Source: an uncultured Syntrophaceae bacterium (GTDB lineage: Bacteria; Desulfobacterota; Syntrophia; Syntrophales; UBA2192). From it: a DNA stretch of 64,000 nucleotides. The position numbers and the translations under genes are program-made. This document shows positions 61,707 to 64,000 of this stretch, in pieces. The first letter of the stretch is position 1. Each line of letters opens with the position of its first letter. The notes under the pieces are model-generated. The model had not been told where the DNA came from and did not search any database. It saw only the letters and a program-made list of their open reading frames with translations. The stretch is taken from assembly GCA_964547985.1 (NCBI GenBank), contig CAZJPV010000005.1:7755-71754 (forward strand). Reading direction: 5' to 3'.

Positions 61707-63416
61707 TCACTGGGATCCGGCAACGTTTCCAGGCGGTGAGGCGGGGAGATAGATGTGAACCGTTGTCCCCTTCTGGACTTCCGATTCTATTGTGATCAAG
61801 CCGTTGTGATTCTTGATGATGGAGTAACACACCGCAAGGCCGAGGCCCAGCCCCTTGTGGGTCCTGACTTTTTTGGTCGTGAAATAGGGGTCAAAGATTT
61901 TCGAGAGATTCTCCTTCGGGATGCCGACCCCGTGATCCTGGATAGAAATCCTGATGTAATGCCCCATCCTTAACAGAATCTCGTCATCCTTGCCTACCGT
62001 GATGTTTTCCGCCCGAACATCTATGGCGCCCTCATCGGTCATGGCCTCCCGGGCATTTTGAATGACGTTTCGAAAGACCTGCCGGATCTGTCCCTCGTCA
62101 ATATCGGCGGGCCAGAGATCATCGGGGATGAAGGAATTGCACCGCACGGCCGAATCCCCCAGGGAGATGGTCGCCGAGTCCAGGATAATGGGCGCCAGGG
62201 CGGAGACCTTCCGGACCGGGAAGCCTCCCTTCGCGAAGGTGATGAGTTGATGCATGAGCTCCTTGGCCTGCAGACCCGCCTTTTCCGCGATGGCCAGACC
62301 TTCTTCCAGGATCTTGTCCTCTTCATCGATCGAAATCTTTGCGAGAAAGATGTTTCGGAGCATGGCGGAAAGCAGCAGATCGAAGTCCTGGGCAATGCCG
62401 CTCGCCAGGGTTCCCAGGGATTCGAGCCTCCGGATCTTGTTCAATTCCTCCTCGGCCTTCATCCGTTCGGTGATATCCTCCAGGGTCTCCAGGGCCCCGA
62501 CGCGATTTCCAGACGCGTCCCTGATGGTTGCGGCCGTGAATCGAAGCCATTTTCCATCTTCACCCAGGTCGGGGAAGAAGTCCGTGGCCTCAAAGGCCTC
62601 GTCGAGAAGGTTCGACTTTGTATATTTATCGGTGTACCACTTTGGAATCCGGCCGATTTCACTATCGACGAGAAGATCGGCCATGCAGGGTCTTTCCTTT
62701 TTGTAGAAGGCCCGCCAGTGCTGGGTCGTGCCCAGAACCTCGCCGGCCGGAATCTTGCTCAGCTCCACCAGGGCATGATTCCAGAAGATGACCCGGTGGT
62801 CTTTGCCGATGACAAAGGCCGGGATGGGTGAGTTTTGAAGTATGCTGTAGAGCCGCTGTTCGCTCTCCTTGAGTTCCTCCTCGGCCCGCCTTTTTTCCGT
62901 GATGTCCTCCAGGGTCTCCAGGACCCCGACGAGGTTCTTCGAGGAATCCCGGATGATCGCCGCGGTGAATCGCAGCCATTTCCCGTTCTCGCCCAGGTCG
63001 GGAAAGAAGTCCGTGGCCTCGAAGGCCTCCTCGATCAGCTTCGACTTGCTGTATTTTCCCGCATACCACTTCGGGATCTTGTCAACCTTTCCGTCGATGA
63101 GCAGATCGGCCATGCAGGGCCTTTTTTCCTTGTAGAAGGCCCGCCAGTGTTCCCGCATGCCGATGACCTTTGTGGCGGCAATCCCGCTCAACTCCTCCAG
63201 GGCCCGGTTCCAGTAAATAACGCGCCGGTCTTTTCCGATAACGAACATGGGTATGGGCGATTGACGGACGGTCCTGTAGAGCCTATCCTCACTTTCCCTG
63301 AGACGCTCCTCGACCTCCCTGGGCCTGGCTTCCGATTGTTCCAGCCTGCTGACACGACGGCGAAGCGCCTTGAGCTCCCCAATAAGTTCCTTCTTTGTTT
63401 TCCCCTCGTCTTTCAT
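61707..63416 (-). CDS. Cytoplasmic PAS-PAS sensor kinase-like protein with Gln at the expected phospho-His position
   Basis: Coiled-coil N-terminus and two PAS units. The DHp H-box reads LASGIAQDFDLLL, where AHDFNN is expected. The N (NVIQNAREAM), G1 (DHGVGI), F and G2 (GLGLGL) boxes are intact. Confidence 0.85.
   Translation of the reverse strand: MKDEGKTKKELIGELKALRRRVSRLEQSEARPREVEERLRESEDRLYRTVRQSPIPMFVIGKDRRVIYWNRALEELSGIAATKVIGMREHWRAFYKEKRPCMADLLIDGKVDKIPKWYAGKYSKSKLIEEAFEATDFFPDLGENGKWLRFTAAIIRDSSKNLVGVLETLEDITEKRRAEEELKESEQRLYSILQNSPIPAFVIGKDHRVIFWNHALVELSKIPAGEVLGTTQHWRAFYKKERPCMADLLVDSEIGRIPKWYTDKYTKSNLLDEAFEATDFFPDLGEDGKWLRFTAATIRDASGNRVGALETLEDITERMKAEEELNKIRRLESLGTLASGIAQDFDLLLSAMLRNIFLAKISIDEEDKILEEGLAIAEKAGLQAKELMHQLITFAKGGFPVRKVSALAPIILDSATISLGDSAVRCNSFIPDDLWPADIDEGQIRQVFRNVIQNAREAMTDEGAIDVRAENITVGKDDEILLRMGHYIRISIQDHGVGIPKENLSKIFDPYFTTKKVRTHKGLGLGLAVCYSIIKNHNGLITIESEVQKGTTVHIYLPASPPGNVAGSQ
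62439..63296 (-). repeat. Tandem 429-bp intragenic duplication (two 143-aa PAS units)
   Basis: aa 41-183 versus 184-326 align without gaps (SPIPMFVIGKDRRVIYWN / SPIPAFVIGKDHRVIFWN; EAFEATDFFPDLGENGKWLRFTAA / EAFEATDFFPDLGEDGKWLRFTAA). Confidence 0.85.
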
Positions 63417-63468
63417 AGCTACAAAAATTACACCATCTGTTCGGGCTTTTCAATTTGAAATCTTAAAA

Positions 63469-64000
63469 TCAGCGTTTCTGGAAAACCTCCGGGTTGACGA
63501 GGTGAGGCGGGACCCTGCCGGTTACCCCCGCAACCAGGTTTTCCGCTGCCATGACGGACATTTTTGTACGCGTCGCGACACTGGCACTCCCGGTATGGGG
63601 GACGACGAGGCAGTTCGGAAGCGCGAGGAGGGGGTGATCCTTCGGCAGGGGTTCCGGATCCGTCACATCGAGCCCCGCGTAGGCGATCCGGCCTATGCGC
63701 AGCGCCTCGTAAAGGGCCTGTGTGTCCACAACGGGCCCACGGGTGGTATTGACGAGAATCGCTGTTTTCTTCATTTTTCCAAAGGCTTCCGCGCTGATCA
63801 GGTGGCGCGTCTGAGGTGTCAGCGGGGTGTGAAGGGTTATGAAGTCTGATTCGGCGAGAAGCTCGTCGAGGCTTTCGCACATTCTGGCATCCGCGGGAGC
63901 CCCCAATTCGGGCCGCATTTTGTGATCGTAAAAAAGGACCCTCATGCCGAAGCCCTTGGCGCGCCTGGCCACGGCCGTCCCGATGCGCCCCATCCCGATG
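63469..64000 (-). CDS. D-isomer-specific 2-hydroxyacid dehydrogenase (glyoxylate/hydroxypyruvate-reductase-like), N-terminus beyond the window end
   Basis: GIGMGRIG NAD-binding loop at the window edge, then LVNTTRG, GLDV and PHTGS motifs. Confidence 0.88.
   Translation of the reverse strand, partial: IGMGRIGTAVARRAKGFGMRVLFYDHKMRPELGAPADARMCESLDELLAESDFITLHTPLTPQTRHLISAEAFGKMKKTAILVNTTRGPVVDTQALYEALRIGRIAYAGLDVTDPEPLPKDHPLLALPNCLVVPHTGSASVATRTKMSVMAAENLVAGVTGRVPPHLVNPEVFQKR

Overview
This is a 64-kb window from a GC-rich anaerobe. Gene content suggests a Desulfobacterota or syntroph-like bacterium, but that is inference only. All calls were made by eye from the sequence and the ORF track, with no searches run.

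Main blocks:
- 1-7204 (minus): an operon alternating rhodanese and multiheme cytochrome genes. It ends in a CbcL-like nonaheme-c/b-type fusion that the ORF track misses because it runs off the window edge.
- 7.2-14.6 kb: patatin, a K/E-rich protein, a PDZ-TPR protein, a 789-aa protein with TSP3 calcium-binding repeats, and a partner gene.
- 14.6-21.3 kb: a lower-GC mosaic island holding cupin, rhodanese, cspA, orphan small ORFs, a thioesterase and an orphan DNA methyltransferase flanked by a repeated promoter-like element.
- 21.3-24.1 kb: a CoA-transferase A/B and acyl-CoA dehydrogenase operon.
- 24.5-35.1 kb: mixed genes (DoxX, DsrE-like, desulforedoxin-like, truncated LuxR regulator, C39-like peptidase, deoxyhypusine-synthase-like, MFS, sirtuin, DksA).
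- 35.2-48.8 kb (minus): a 12-gene operon joining two AOR-family proteins, two HdrA paralogs, MvhD, FdhA, several Fe-S proteins and NapG/NapH-like modules. A ModE-like regulator is divergent from it.
- 49.8-64 kb: ResB/CcsA, MalQ, GAF-GspE plus an MshEN-repeat protein, an M50 protease, a PhaR-phasin-MaoC locus, a PAS-PAS kinase and a partial 2-hydroxyacid dehydrogenase.

The two strongest leads:
- Three in-frame TGA codons lie inside clearly continuous coding regions (an 11-heme cytochrome, a rhodanese, a CoA-transferase). Each is followed by a hairpin, and two of the hairpins have near-identical G-G-U-C-A loops. They are candidate selenoproteins.
- The AOR-Hdr-Mvh-Fdh-NapGH operon resembles a bifurcating complex.

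No rRNA, tRNA, CRISPR array or transposase was recognised.
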